NCBI RefSeq assembly: GCF_018977255.1 | Contig: NW_024704743.1 | Coordinates: forward strand, 106,952,001-107,016,000 | Length of the DNA stretch: 64,000 nucleotides | Origin: Callorhinchus milii | Taxonomy: Eukaryota | Direction: 5' to 3' | Shown here: positions 11,291 through 24,063 of the stretch, one piece after another | Layout: the number at the start of each line of letters is the position of its first letter | Position numbering within the stretch: position 1 is the first letter of the stretch | The notes under the pieces: generated by a model | The model's input: only the letters and a program-made list of their open reading frames with translations | The model's database searches: none | Told to the model about the DNA's origin: nothing | Position numbers and translations under genes: made by a program

Positions 11291-12484
11291 TTGTTATTAT
11301 TACATTTCTACCTCTCTCCTCAAGCATTGGTGAATGGCCCAGGGGATTACAAAGAGAGTTGAAAATGGGAGACAAATTAACTATTAACTGTACTATAGTA
11401 TGTATATACTGTACATCTAAAAGGAGACCTTAAATCTGCTGGACTATGCTGTTTATTATTGCACTATTTAGAACTGTTGTATTTCTGATCTACACTCTAA
11501 GAGTTGTGAACAGCAGTGTAGTGATAATGAGCGTATATTATTGATGTGATTGTATATATTTGTTATGAATTCATCAGCATCAATTTACAAATTCCTGCAT
11601 AAACTCGTTCAAAACCTTTTCTGGTGACAACAATTAACAGTTCAAAGACTTCCTCAGAAAGATAATCACAAAGCATTGTGTTTTACTTAATTTTCCCAAG
11701 GCAGTCATTCATTTAAATCATCTTGAGATAGAATGAAGATACCATAGGAAAATTATCTTCAAAAAGGCAATACTGCTGTTTTGCATTTAAAAGAATTTTG
11801 GTGACTTTAAGAAACACTTTTTCTTATGAAAACCATAGGAATGAAATTAAAAACAATTGAGAGCTATAAACTTAACCCAACATTTATCTTCTCTGTACAT
11901 TGAGTTTACCAATTAGTTTTTTTAAATGGATTAAATTCTTACCTATATCAGCACAATTGCCTCCATGGTAGCATTTTCAACATGTGCTTATCAGTAACGA
12001 ATGACTTGCCTCATTATCAAAACATCATTTTTTAAAAAAAATCCATATTTATGCAATTATAATTTCAGCTCGAAGCACATAATTGTGTTATAGAGTCAGG
12101 AGGTTTGCAGAGTGAGCAGTTCAGTATTGTAATCTATGTGAATGCAACCTTCGCATTTTTATCAAAAATAGTGCCCCGACCTCTCTGTACTAATATAACC
12201 ATCAGTGCCGCAGGATAAAAGGATTAACTATTGGCTTCTGCAGCGCTGATAAACTGAAATGAATGTTCCCACCATTTGGTTCAACGCTAGTGAACAGTGC
12301 TGCATTTTCTTGTAGAAGACGATACTCAATCAGATAATAATAATCCTTACATTTGGTGTAGAGCCTTTCATGTCAGGAGGATAGTTCAAACACTTCACAG
12401 GATATACTGTAAAGTGTAGTAACTGTGCATTTTGTGGGCTAACATGGTATAGTGTGCATTATCTACAATCAAAACTCTTAATGT

Positions 12485-13929
12485 TTTTAAAAGGTTAATG
12501 ATAAAGTAACAATTTTCAATGCATGGATTGAAGTTTGGCTAATGGGTAGAAAACAGAGAGTAGGGATAAACAGGTCATTCTCGAATTGGCAGGATGTGAC
12601 TAGTGGAGTGCCACAAGGATCAGTGCTTGGGCCTCAGCTATTTACAATTTATATCAATGATCTAGACGAGGACATTGAATGTAACGTATCTAAATTCGCG
12701 GATGACACTAAACTAGGTGGGAGAGTAAGCTCTGAGGACGATGCAAAAAGATTGCAACGGGATATAGATAGGCTAGGGGAGTGGGCGAGTAGGTGGCAGA
12801 TGGAATTTAACGTGAGGAAGTGTGAAGTTATTCACCTAGGTAGAAAAAATAGAAAAACAGATTATTTTCTAGAGGGGCAGAGATTAGATAGTAAATGTTA
12901 ATGTTCAGAAGGATTTGGGTATCCTTGTACACCAGTCTCAAAAAGTTAGTTTGGAGGTGCAGCAAGCAACTAAGAAGGCGAATGGCATGTTAGCGTTCAT
13001 TGCAAAAGGTTTAGATTACAAGAGTAGGGAAGTCTTGCTGCAACTGTATAGGGCCTTGGTGAGACCGCACCTAGAGTATTGTGTGCAGTTTTGGTCTGCT
13101 TATCTAAAAAAGGACATACTTGCCCTAGAGGGGGTGCAGCGTAGATTCACTAGGTTAGTTCCTGGGATGAGGGGACTGACCTATGAGGATAGGCTGAATA
13201 AACTAGGGCTATATTCTCTAGAGTACAGAAGAATTAGGGGAGATCTTATTGAAACATATAAGATTCTTAAAGGGCTGGATAAAGTAGACACTGAAGGTCT
13301 GTTTCCCCTGGTAGGAGAATCTATAACCAGGGGTCACAGTCTTAATGTCGTTAAAAGGTTAATGATAAAGTAACAATTTTCAATGCATGGATTGAAGAGT
13401 GGCTAATGGATAGAAAACAGAGTAGGGATAAACGGGTCATTCTTGAATTGGCAGGATGTGACTAGTGGAGTGCCACAAGGATCAATGCGCAATTGGCTGC
13501 CGCGTTCGCCCACAAATATACAGTCAATTCACTTTACAGTGTGTTCTGTGATGCGCTTTGGGACGTCCTCCCGATGTAAAAAGCGCTATATCAAATGCAA
13601 GGATTATTACTATTATTATTAAAATTAAGGGTCAGCCTTTTAGAACAGAGTTGAGGAAACATTTCTTCACTCAGAGGGTCATGAATTTATGACACTCACT
13701 ACCCACTCACTTTATGAAATTCACTACCCCAGAAGGCTGTAGATGCTCAGTCCTTGAACATCTTCAAGGCTGAGACTGAGATTTTTTTAAAAAATAGAGG
13801 GATTAGGGGATATGGAGATAGGGCAGGTAATTAGAGTTAGGTCAGAAGATCAGCCATGATCTTATCAAATGGCGGGGCAGGCTCGAGGGGCCGAATGGCC
13901 TTCTCCTGCTCTTAATTCTTATGTTCTTA
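12485..13929 (+). mobile_element. CR1 LINE 3' portion (RT with frameshift, 3' UTR), interrupted at 13346-13620
   Basis: ORFs 12542-12901 ([23 protein letters not shown]) and 12915-13373 (LVRPHLEYCVQFW..RGDLIETYKI..TRGHSL). Tail GGCCGAATGGCC...ATTCTTATGTTCTT. Confidence 0.95.
13486..13620 (+). mobile_element. 3' third of a short-subfamily SINE inside the CR1
   Basis: TGCGCAATTGGCTGCCGCGTTCGCC...GCAAGG(ATT)n, matching the young SINE copies. Confidence 0.9.
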
Positions 13930-14044
13930 ACAAAGCACTATGCATCTCTACAACCAAAACCCTTTATTTATGCAAATATTTTTGCACTGATCAAAGACAA
14001 TACTTATCCTTCAAATGGTGAAATAGTCGAAGAAGATTCACCTT

Positions 14045-14300
14045 GGAGGTGTTCATAAATGCAGAAACCCATCACTATGTTTAAGTATATCCAAACCAGA
14101 CTGAGAGTTCCACATATGTGTGTCACCTGCACATAGAAATTTCCCAGTGTCTGGAATGCACACTCTTTCCCTGGAGGGATGCACCCTGTTTACTTAATTG
14201 CAGAGAGTATTAAGTGCATGTTGTCAAGAGCCAAGGCTTGGGGGTCCCCCAGAATGTGCATTGACGTGTGGCTGGAGTTTAACCGGCTAAAACCCCAGAT
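14045..14300 (-). repeat. Unclassified ~260-bp interspersed repeat, copy 1
   Basis: The reverse complement aligns by eye with 33195-33455 and 46570-46812. Confidence 0.7.
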
Positions 14301-16509
14301 CCTGTATTATCTGGTAAGCTTTCAACTGAGAGGGCAGCAAGAACCACTCGTCCCATTTTGGATTTTGGCCTATATAGCTAAGTACTTCAACTACTGCTGA
14401 TGAGCTAGGTAAGCTGGTCTGACATCAGAAGTGGCCTGGACTACTGTGGACCTGCCTGGCTTAGGAACAGGACTACCAAGATCGTCACAGACTCGATTCC
14501 AACATTCAAATGCTTGAATGTACCACACAAGTAGCATGTGTAACTCTGGGGAATGTTTGCTGGGAATCATCAAATTGGATCTTGGAAGCATATCCCACTG
14601 TCACATGGCTGCCTTCTCCCTCAATGCCTGTCAGTGAGAGACACCAACTAACTAAGAAATGAGTGTAACTCATTCTTGTTTACTACATTCTTGCTTCTGT
14701 ATACCATGTATCCCTAAATCATCCTTGCTGCTTTTCTTTGCACTTCTCCAATGAATGCGTTGATGCTCTTTGGAAAGTAGAGTTTCCAAACCTACACACA
14801 GTATTCATATGTGGCCTCCCAGTGAACCTTAAAAGATTGGAATACTTTTTTATCACTTACACTCCTAAGAGATGTTCTTTCGAGGTGTGTGGACGTGTAT
14901 GAAATGCAGCTGCAGACAAACACTGTTTGCAGTGCCTGGAAAATAATCAACAGACCTGTTCAGATTTCTGTTTCTGTTCAATCCTTCAAAATCGCAAGAC
15001 AGATCCAATCAAATCCATGTGCTTTTAGCAAAAGTCAATTTGCTGTTAATCTCATTTGAAGCTTTAGGGTAGGCAGGGGCTGAAAGCATATTTCAGCAGC
15101 CCTTCGATCTAGTATTTGGTAATTTCAAACAGGCATTTGGTTTTATCTTCTGAGAAGCTCTGTCAGGTATCAAACAAACAGTTGTAACAAAACATCAACT
15201 CTGCCTGCTGTGGGAGAATGAATGGAGTCCTCTCAGATTTGCTGCCTTGTGTCCAGCAGTGATATGTGCTTTCACCAAATTATTTCAATTGAATTATAGA
15301 ATTCTTAATCTGTTTGTAAGCAAACTGAGATCTTTGGAACCCAGACTGCCATACAAACTTACTAACTCAATGTGTAAATTAATTTAAATTCACTGAAGGA
15401 CTTAAAATCTCCTGTGTTCTTAGGCTGGAGTCAGTTATCTTAAGATTTAAAACATGCGGAATTGCATAAAGGGAATAACAATTCGTAGGAAAGCATTGCA
15501 AAAGGGACGGGATGAGATAAATCACGGAGAATGAGGAATTAAAAGGAAATTTGAACAATAAAAAATTCTGTAATGGAATGAGGAAGAAGCATGTAAATGA
15601 GTAACTAACACAGTTAGGGGATGTATTTCTTAAGAAATTACTCTTAAGATAATTTGCTCCACTACCACCTCTGTGGACAATGCAAATCATAATCGTGTTC
15701 AGAAGTTGTTCTCTCAAGGAATGAGAAAAACCTTATAGTAGGTACTTTCTGCGAGTAATGTTGTAAATTTGGATCATAAAAAATGCATGTTAAGCAGCCT
15801 CCTCACCACTTCCCTCTCGTCACAGTCTTGTTAAACACATGAAGGATCGACACTGAAAGGGTTTAAGGTTTTAGCAGCATAAACATTGCTGGTGCCTGGG
15901 GTGAGTAGATATCAGAGTTACTTTGAATTATATGGTAAGTGGAGTTTGATTTGAATCCATTACTCCCAATGAATACAGTATTAGTTGCTAAGCACAACAA
16001 TGTGCATGCTGCAGAAAGAGTTGATTAAAAATATTGACTGGCATCAAAAGATATTTTCTTTTCATTTGTGGACATTAAGATTTCATGCGTATTTCCTCAA
16101 GCCTGGGTGTTTGTTGTTTCCCTATCCGTCTCCCTTTAATTGCTTGAAATGAAAGGAGCCACGGTTTTCATTAGTTAACAAAGCATTACATAGTGAGGTG
16201 AGAATCCCATTTTGTCAATGTGAAGCGTATCAATTGCACAGGTCATGGAAATATTTTCGTAGCATTTGACGCTGGTATTTCAGAACAAATTGTTCACCGC
16301 AAGGAGTGTTACTTTTGGCACCTTTGGAGATTGAATCTGTCCTGTCGGCGTCTGTTTTCGCAGGCTGTTTGCCATTTACAGACCAAGTGTTCAGAATTCC
16401 AAAGATTATTTCAAATTCTCGGTGCATGTCTGTGTGCTTTGAGATGAAGTGCAAGTTACAACATTTATTTTAATCTAAATTTAGTGTGTTTTTTCCTACT
16501 TTCTCCCCA

Positions 16510-16850
16510 CTGATGTGCTCCTCTCTGCTCCTGGTCATCTCTTACTGGGGTTCAGTACCAAGGCCACTGGCTACCTCCGATACCCACCAAATGGTCATCG
16601 TTCGTGTGTGACCCTTGGCAATCGGTATCGAAGGCTACTCGATTGAAAACGGCATTACAGCCGAGCCAGCCCTTTCTCCACCGAGCTGTCACATAGATTC
16701 ACAACCAGGTAGGTGATGCACAGGGAACAGAAACCCTTACGTTTTCCCTTGATCCAGGGAAGACCAGGGCTAATTTAGTCTTTCTGTGCAGCCCTGACTG
16801 AGACCAGCAAACTGGGATTTGCACCAGCAAACCCCTTGTTTGTAAGCTGC
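16510..16850 (-). mobile_element. Old SINE-like repeat of a third family (possibly UCON3-related); weaker pieces at ~6560-6685, 9360-9500, 24065-24195, 35330-35530 and 46375-46490
   Basis: Shared motifs such as GAGTTAGCTGATCTCA / TGAGACCAGC.AACT and CCAAGTGACCATTC. The family name is from memory and uncertain. Confidence 0.4.
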
Positions 16851-16919
16851 AGCTCTATCTATTACACTAAATAGGGCTGACCCAGATTGTAACTCTTAAA
16901 TATATCAAGCGTAAGGAAA

Positions 16920-17035
16920 TGTAATGTATTAATGTTATTATTTAAATGTAATGTATTATTATTATTATATTATTATTAATGTATTATTAATATTAATTAT
17001 TATTATTATTATATTATTATTAATGTTATTATTTT
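16920..17035. repeat. Degenerate (TTA)n / AT-rich low-complexity tract
   Basis: Directly visible. Confidence 0.9.
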
Positions 17036-17414
17036 TGCAGTAGAGTTGTGAAACTATTACTTATTACATTTTAACAACAATGCCACAATACTTCCTCAAT
17101 AATACAGCAAAGCAGGAAGCTAAGTTTATGAGCTCACGTTCTGGCGTAGAGCTTGAACCCACAACCTTCTGACCCAGAGTCGAGGATATAGACAAATGTA
17201 CATTTGTGATATTCTCTTTATTAAAATGATCATTTAAATAGGAGGTTTGTGTTGATGAAGGGATCAGGGAAAGAAGTACTTAAGAAGACTGTAATGCATT
17301 AGATGCAGAGATTAATGAGAACTCTTATAGGCAATAGCATTTAATTGTCATTTTCATTACTGACTTAATTGAAAGGAATGGATTTGAAGACAGCTTGCTG
17401 ATCTCTTCTGGTTT

Positions 17415-17997
17415 TATTACATCTAGGCTCGACTAAGTCAACTCCCTACTTGTCAGCCTTCCCAACTCTTCCCTCTAAGCTGCAGATCATCCAGATTTCT
17501 GCAGCTCATGTCCTCTCCTGCATCAGGCTCTGTGACCCCATCACCCCCTCCCTCGCCCAGTTCCACTGGCTCCCCATCCCCCAGAGGATAGAGTTCAAAA
17601 TCCTTGTCCTCGCCTTCAAGGCCCTCGATAGCCTTGCTCCTTCAGCCTCTCTGACCTGCTAACCCCATATCAACCTGTCCGCTTCCTTCGCTCAGCAGGC
17701 TCTGGCCTGCTCCACGTCCTCCATCCGACCGTCTCCACCATCGGTGGTCGGGCCTTGAGCTTCACTGCCCCCAACCTTTGGAACTCCATCCCACTTGCTC
17801 CCTCCCCTGCTTCCTTCAAAGCGCATCTCCAAACCCTACTTTTCGACCGCACATTCTGCCACCCTCCGACCCCTACTTTCCCTCCACTTTCCCTGATCCA
17901 AACCCCTTGCTCGGATCCAAATCCCTGACTGTCCAGTGCCTTGGGACATCTTCCCGAATTGAAAGGTGCCATACAAATGTAATTTGTTGTTTGTTTC
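17415..17997 (+). mobile_element. L2 LINE 3' fragment
   Basis: KLQIIQISAAHVL...HWLPIPQRIEFKILVLAFKAL followed by an L2 tail. Confidence 0.9.
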
Positions 17998-18950
17998 TTG
18001 CAGTTTGCTAAATTGATCTGGAAGATGAAATAGTTTGGAAGCAACATGTCTATTTTTCATCAGTTTAGCAGCCACACGTGCCCTCTCCCACTTCCATGTT
18101 CCCAGTGGCTCTCAGTCAGTTCTGTAAAGACAGGTCCGTAGCATTGGCTCTCAAATACTCAGTGCATCGAATGGCCCAAGCAATACTCTCTCTTCTACCT
18201 CCCGATCCCATTCTCAAGTAGTGAAGCCCTCAAAGCCAAGACCATGTGGCATTGACTCATGACTTTCAATTTCCGGTTAGCAGCAAACAAAACTTTTAGT
18301 AAACAAATAGCTGGTTTCATGCAAACCAACAGTCGGAAAGCCAAGTTCAGGAAGACCAATGCTTGGCTTCGCAGCTTTCATCATTGGGTACAGAGCAGAG
18401 GATCTGTGACCCACAAATCGCACCTATTCTGTGTACTAAATATTGAATGGATGGTTAAATTGACTGTAAAGTCCAGTCTCTGCTTACTCTGTTGCAGCTT
18501 TAAAAGTCCCTGCCGACTATTATTCACGTTCACTAAAGCCATCAAAAACTGACGGGTATTTTGTCTTCATTTATCGCTTTACGAGCAGATGAAATGCCAG
18601 CAATGTGACCTCATGTTTGATGTCTTACGAATAAAGCTGTTATATTTCCAAATGCTCATGCCAAAAAAACATGTTTTTAATGTAAAATAAATGTCTCTCT
18701 TATTAGAGGACGCTGCTACGTTAGTAGTTTTGTCCAGGACAAGGAATGGACCAATTTAAATTGTGGCGTTCGATGAACAAAGGGAATCAGTGACTTCCTG
18801 ATGGCCCCATATACTGGAACTGGCCCGTGGGCCATAGTTTGGCCGGCACCACCTGTACCCTTGTTGTTTACTATCATACATCCTTAGTTATACAATTCAT
18901 CGCCTTATTTGGTAATCATTTAACACAAATGAAAAAGCTGAGTGTAAATA

Positions 18951-19113
18951 CAGTAAACTCCTGATAATTTGTCCCTGGCTTAACTTGTCATCAGGACTTA
19001 AGTCATTATGTTATCCCATCTGCATTTATTTATGTATTTATACATATGCCTTACTTGCCACTCCGTCAATGAACCCTTTTCCCCTGGAGTGAGAAGTTAT
19101 CAGGAGTTTAATT
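18951..19113. mobile_element. Tc1/mariner (Tigger-like) MITE
   Basis: TA|CAGTAAACTCCTGATAA on the left and TTATCAGGAGTTTA on the right (14-bp inverted match). The same right end occurs at ~10797-10832, followed by TA. Confidence 0.55.
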
Positions 19114-19876
19114 ATTTTTATTTTTGTATCACAAATTCCTATTTTGTTCAGCCTGGTATGTCATTAAATGTCACATTGTTTTGGTTCCTGATTTATCCTC
19201 TGACTAACACACACTGTTAGATTTAACAATAGCATCCATCTGTACAGGTTCCTGCTTTGCCATCTAAATTTTCCAGTGTAAGCATTTTAAAGTTCATTAA
19301 AATTCATCACAGCTCAATCACAAAAATTACACAATTTAGTTCCTTATCTGAATTTGGTTTATACGGACATAATTAACCTGTAGCATTTCATAGCTTTTGA
19401 TTATGATTTTGTAGCAGTACAATCCAGCATAATCACATATAATATACTCATAACAATGTGGTATTTCATGACGCAATGTCTTGTGAAAGCAATCTTTATA
19501 TATCTGCCATTGGGTAATTTGTTTACAGGTGTATTGTTACTATATTGGATGTTTTGCAGTGATGACCACCATTCCATTATGTAACATTTTTTTGTCTTCG
19601 ATATCTAAGTATAGAAAGATGCTACAACAATTTATACTTGTATCGCGCCTTTCATGTTGGAAGGGGTTGGGGTATTAGTGAAAAGAGGTTTTCAAGAATT
19701 GAAAGTGGACAGAGAGGGGCTGCACTCTTGATCTGTTGGCCGACCACAGATTCATCTAGTTCTCCTTTCCTTAACCACACACCCTGTCCCCCACACTCTA
19801 TCCGTCAGTGGGAATATAAAAATATAATAATCCTCACATTTGATATAGCACCTTATGTCATCAAGACATGTATAAT

Positions 19877-20197
19877 GTGGAGTCCTGTAGCTCAGTGGTT
19901 AGAGCACTCGCTTTGCAAGTGAGAGATCTGGGTTCGATTCCCGGCAGTGCGAAACCTTGGGCAAGTTTCCTTACTCCATACGCCCAATAATAATCCCTCC
20001 AAAAAAAAAACAATAATAAATTGGTCATTTTGAATCCATGACTGTTTGTGGGACATTGCTGTGCGCAATTGGCTGCCGCGTTCGCCCACAAATATACAGT
20101 CAATTCACTTTACAGTGTGTTCTGTGAAGCGCTTTGGGACGTCCTCCCGACGTGAAAAGCACTATATCAAATGCAAGGATTATTATTATTATTATTA
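19877..20197 (+). mobile_element. tRNA-derived SINE (short subfamily) with TSD TATAATGT, nested in an antisense older SINE
   Basis: Full length. TATAATGT at 19871-19878 and 20196-20203. Confidence 0.95.
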
Positions 20198-21241
20198 TAA
20201 TGTAAAGTGGTGTAACTGTATTTTGTGGGTGAACACAGCAGCCAATTTGCATTTAGCAATGACCCACAATTGCTGGGAATAGTAAAGAAGGGGGAAGAAA
20301 AGGTATTGTATCAAAGAATATTGCCAAAAGAGAGCAAGATTTTTCAATGCTTCAGGTGAATCCTTGCTGCTTCTGTGCTAGGGAACCCTGTAAATGCATT
20401 TTTGTTTGAAGCAAGACTGATATAGCTCAAGACTAATATGAGAAAAGCCCGGATTCTGTGTATCTGTGCTCATGTATGTGCGCTACCATTATGTGTTAGC
20501 GCATCTACCACATATTGGTAGCTTTATGTTAAATAACATTAACATCGAGCGCACTACCTGGCAAGCTTCCCAATGCTTGTCCACATTCCTATTTGGACTT
20601 TGACTTGCATGGTTAATGGGAACTGAGTGGGAAGAACCCCATATCTTTCATGAAGAATGAATAGAAATCTTGCATTTCATTGGCCTTATTATTCTTCATA
20701 AGATCTAAATCTGATGTTATGTCAACCTTTTATGTATTCTGGCACAAACTCTCCCATTCTACTTTAACTTGGAGATAATATTATTTCTTTCATGGAAAAT
20801 TGGCACCTTTAAAAGTCTTAGTTTCATGACATGATACAGGCTTTGTGGTAATTTAATGTTTGGGTTGTTAATGGATCGTATGCTCATATTTTTATCTTGA
20901 AAGTTGTAGTGAGTTTCGATTGTCACAGGATGTTAAAGCGAATGTTTTCGTGAAAATGTTTAGCAAATTTTGTTCATAAACCTGATGCAATGAATTGGGT
21001 TTTGAAGAAAATGACAGTCAGGGAAACAGTAGAGTGAATAACACCACAATGCTGAGGTTTGTGGAAAAAACCTTGTGAAGTAGAGTCTTCTCCATGCACT
21101 TCAAGCCAACTGGTGGTCTCATGGGTCAGTGTAACGTATAGTGCAGCTTCTTTATTAGCGTAAATTTTGGTTAGAACACAGTGGCAGTGTGGACCCCATA
21201 CATTGTGCCTGCACTCAGCTGTGTACACTCAAAGCAGAAAG

Positions 21242-21330
21242 TGACGTCAGCAGTCACCCAATGACCCAGAAGTTGGACATTTTTATAGAGCAGGAGCTGG
21301 CCGGCACGTGGGGTGCAAGCAGACCAGCTG
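21242..21330. promoter_or_regulatory. Motif cluster: CRE, CCAAT, TATA-like and E-boxes
   Basis: TGACGTCA 21242-21249, CCAAT 21258-21262, TTTTTATA 21280-21287, CACGTG 21305-21310, CAGCTG 21325-21330. Confidence 0.4.
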
Positions 21331-22813
21331 TGCGTGGACAGTGAAACAAGTTGTTGTGCTTCACTGTAGCATGGGTTGGAATTTTCTGGATCCCTACTAT
21401 TTTGTTATAACCAGGCTCCACCATACATTTGTTTCATACAGGGAATGCACTTTTAAGTCCTCAGGCCCTTTATCCAAGATTTTGAGTTGCTATTTACAAT
21501 GCTGATTTCCCAACTAGCACTTTTTTCAACAAATGTTTTTTGATTTAGGTAGTTATTGTGGTGATAATAATAATAATCTTTGCATTTGATACAGTGCTTT
21601 ATCACGGTGTTGAGACATCTGAAAGCGCTTCACATAATACATATATTGTAAAGTGAATTGACTGTATATTTTGCGGGCGAAACGCAGCAGTCAATTGTGC
21701 ATAGCAGTGTCCCATTTACCTCCCTGCCCCCCCTCCCCCCCCGCCCCGCCACCTTTCCCGGTAGAAAGATTTGCCGTAAGGACGAGCCTCTTTTAACCAC
21801 TCACATTGGAAATGGAGCTCTGTGTAGGTGTTAAAAGAATTCAGTCACATTGTGCAGCCTGCATTAGTGACAGCATTCTGACAACAGTCTAGCCAGTGGG
21901 TTAGTTAGGTACATCTTTTATGACCAAAGGCTGTTGGAGCAATAACCATTAGCAATAAGTAAAAGACAACACTCGAGCAAGAGCTTGTAGCGGAAATGTT
22001 GCTCTTGGGAGATTTTTTCCAGTGAGCAGCTGAAGCAATCCTCTACAATGACTTAAACAGTCCAGTTTTGACCGCAAAACATAGATTTGAGTTCGGAAGC
22101 TAAGTCCTTCTGCAGATCTGGGACACACAATACACAGTCAAACCACTTTACAATATATTCTGTGAAGCGCACTTGATAAGGCGCTATATCAAATACAAAG
22201 ATTATTAGTATTGCTTGTGGAGATAGAGCCACCTCATCTGCAAGCATGACTGGTTAACAGATGGAGATTATTTACCTGAGTAGAGTGATCCTCATTCGTC
22301 AGATTGTATTGTTCCTCACGTATTGAATTCCCATGAGCAGCTGTACATGAACAGGGATTTATAGGTGTCTGCACTTCTATCCTTCATTCCCGAGATAATT
22401 GCCACACATGATTTCAAAGCATACTGAAAAGTTTTCAGTTGTAGCAGATGGACTGGAGAGTTTATCTCCTTGAATGAAATGAAGCGAAATGAAATGTATC
22501 AATAGACACGATTTAAAGGAGTGGATTTGAGATGTGCTCATTTAAAACTCATTTAAAACTCATTTAAGGGGGTTATGTCCAAGCTGAATCCTCTTAAATC
22601 AGATGACATGGGCTTTCCACCAATACTTGGGACAAAAGACAACTTTTAATTTGACAATTATGAAATGTGTTTTGATTTTTAAAGTATACTCGCTAGTAAC
22701 ACTCCCCAGTAATGCTGTTGTAATAACTGAATGATCACTTGATAAAAAAAGACTGTAAAAAGTGTCTCGAAAAATATTCATACCTGGAGATCTGATTTCC
22801 TAAAGAATGAGGA

Positions 22814-23344
22814 TACTAAAATTCTCCAAGATCATAATTAACAATTTGTTCTTTACTGTAATAAATACTAATGTAACCTTTGTAGTGAATGTAAAAGTGA
22901 CAGAAATTGAGCCCATTACTTTTTTTGTGTTTTATAATAATCTTTGCATTTGGAATAGCACCGATAAGGTCTCAAAGAGCTTCGCAACATTAATGTCGGG
23001 TATATAAGAAAGCTGCGTGGTCTTTTCATCCTTTTCTATCATTTCAATATCTGGAAAGCCTATAATGTGTAGTCTCCTAACGTACCCTGAGTTAGTGGCT
23101 GGTGGAAGCTTTGGATCTTTTTCATACAAGTTTATGGCAGAACATAAAATTGTACTAAAATTCTCCAAGGATCATAATTTAACAATTTGTTCTTTACTGT
23201 AATAATTACTAATGTAACCTTTGTAGTGAATGTAAAAGTTACAGAAATTGAGCCCATTACTTTTTTTGTGTTTTATAATAATCTTTGCATTTGGAATAGT
23301 ACTGGTAAGGTCTCGAAGAGCTTCGCAACGTTAGTGTCGGGTAT
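22814..23344 (+). repeat. Spaced direct duplication of ~190 bp (22814-23003 and 23153-23344)
   Basis: The two copies differ by a few substitutions and two 1-nt indels, with a ~150-bp unique spacer. Confidence 0.92.
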
Positions 23345-23499
23345 TTTGTAGACAAAACGGAACAAAACAAAAAAGAAGGTATTTGTTTGAAAATAGGAAC
23401 CTCGCTACATTTTGAAAGATATTTTGAGGGTCACCTTTAAACATTTTTCAGGTTGTAGAATTTTTGTCCTCACCTCATGGAGGGTGTCACGGGCAGAAG

Positions 23500-24063
23500 A
23501 TCCAGTTCTCACCGGCAGATCCAGTTCTCACCGACTACTCAAACGCTCTCTTTGCCGGTCTCCCCTGCTCCACTATTCATAAAATTCAACTAATTCAAAA
23601 CGCACGCATTCTCACCCGCACTAAACTCCGTACCTCCACTGCCCCAGTCCTTGTCAAACTCCATTGGCTCCCTGTCACAGAGCGGATCGATTTCTAGATC
23701 CTTACTCTTGTATTTAAATCCCTTCATGCCCTGGCACCCACTATCTCTCCAATCTGCTCTCTCCCTAAACTCCTACCTGCTACCTCAGCTCGACTGGCTC
23801 CAGTCTCCTCCTTTTCCTCTCGACCCTCCGCCCCACCATCGGCGGCCGTGTTTTCAGCCACTACACCCCAAAGCTGTGGAACTCTCCCTCAGTCCTTTGC
23901 CTTGCCCACTCTCTCCCCATTTTCAGGTCACGCTTGAAGACCTTCCTCTTCGACCAAGCCGACGGTAACCTTCCCCCTCCCCATGGCTCGCCATCGGGCT
24001 CCATCACTGTTGAATGCTCCGCGACACCGGTGTGAAGGGCGCTATATGAATGCAAGTTGTTGT
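23500..24063 (+). mobile_element. L2 LINE 3' fragment
   Basis: DYSNALFAGLP..KIQLIQN..LHWLPVTERIDF followed by an L2 tail. Confidence 0.85.

Noticed and set aside
18815..18855. hAT/Charlie-like terminus (GGCCCGTGGGCCATAGTTTGGCCG); a similar CAGTGCTGCCCAACCTT occurs at ~25016
   Set aside because: Only one end is recognisable in each case and there is no 8-bp TSD, so it is too weak to annotate.
19877..19950. tRNA-Ala gene
   Set aside because: It is the head of a SINE, continuing directly into body and tail with a TSD. The same applies to the other copies.
22814..23344. TRIM or mini LTR retrotransposon
   Set aside because: No TG...CA termini on both repeats, and no primer-binding site, polypurine tract or TSD.
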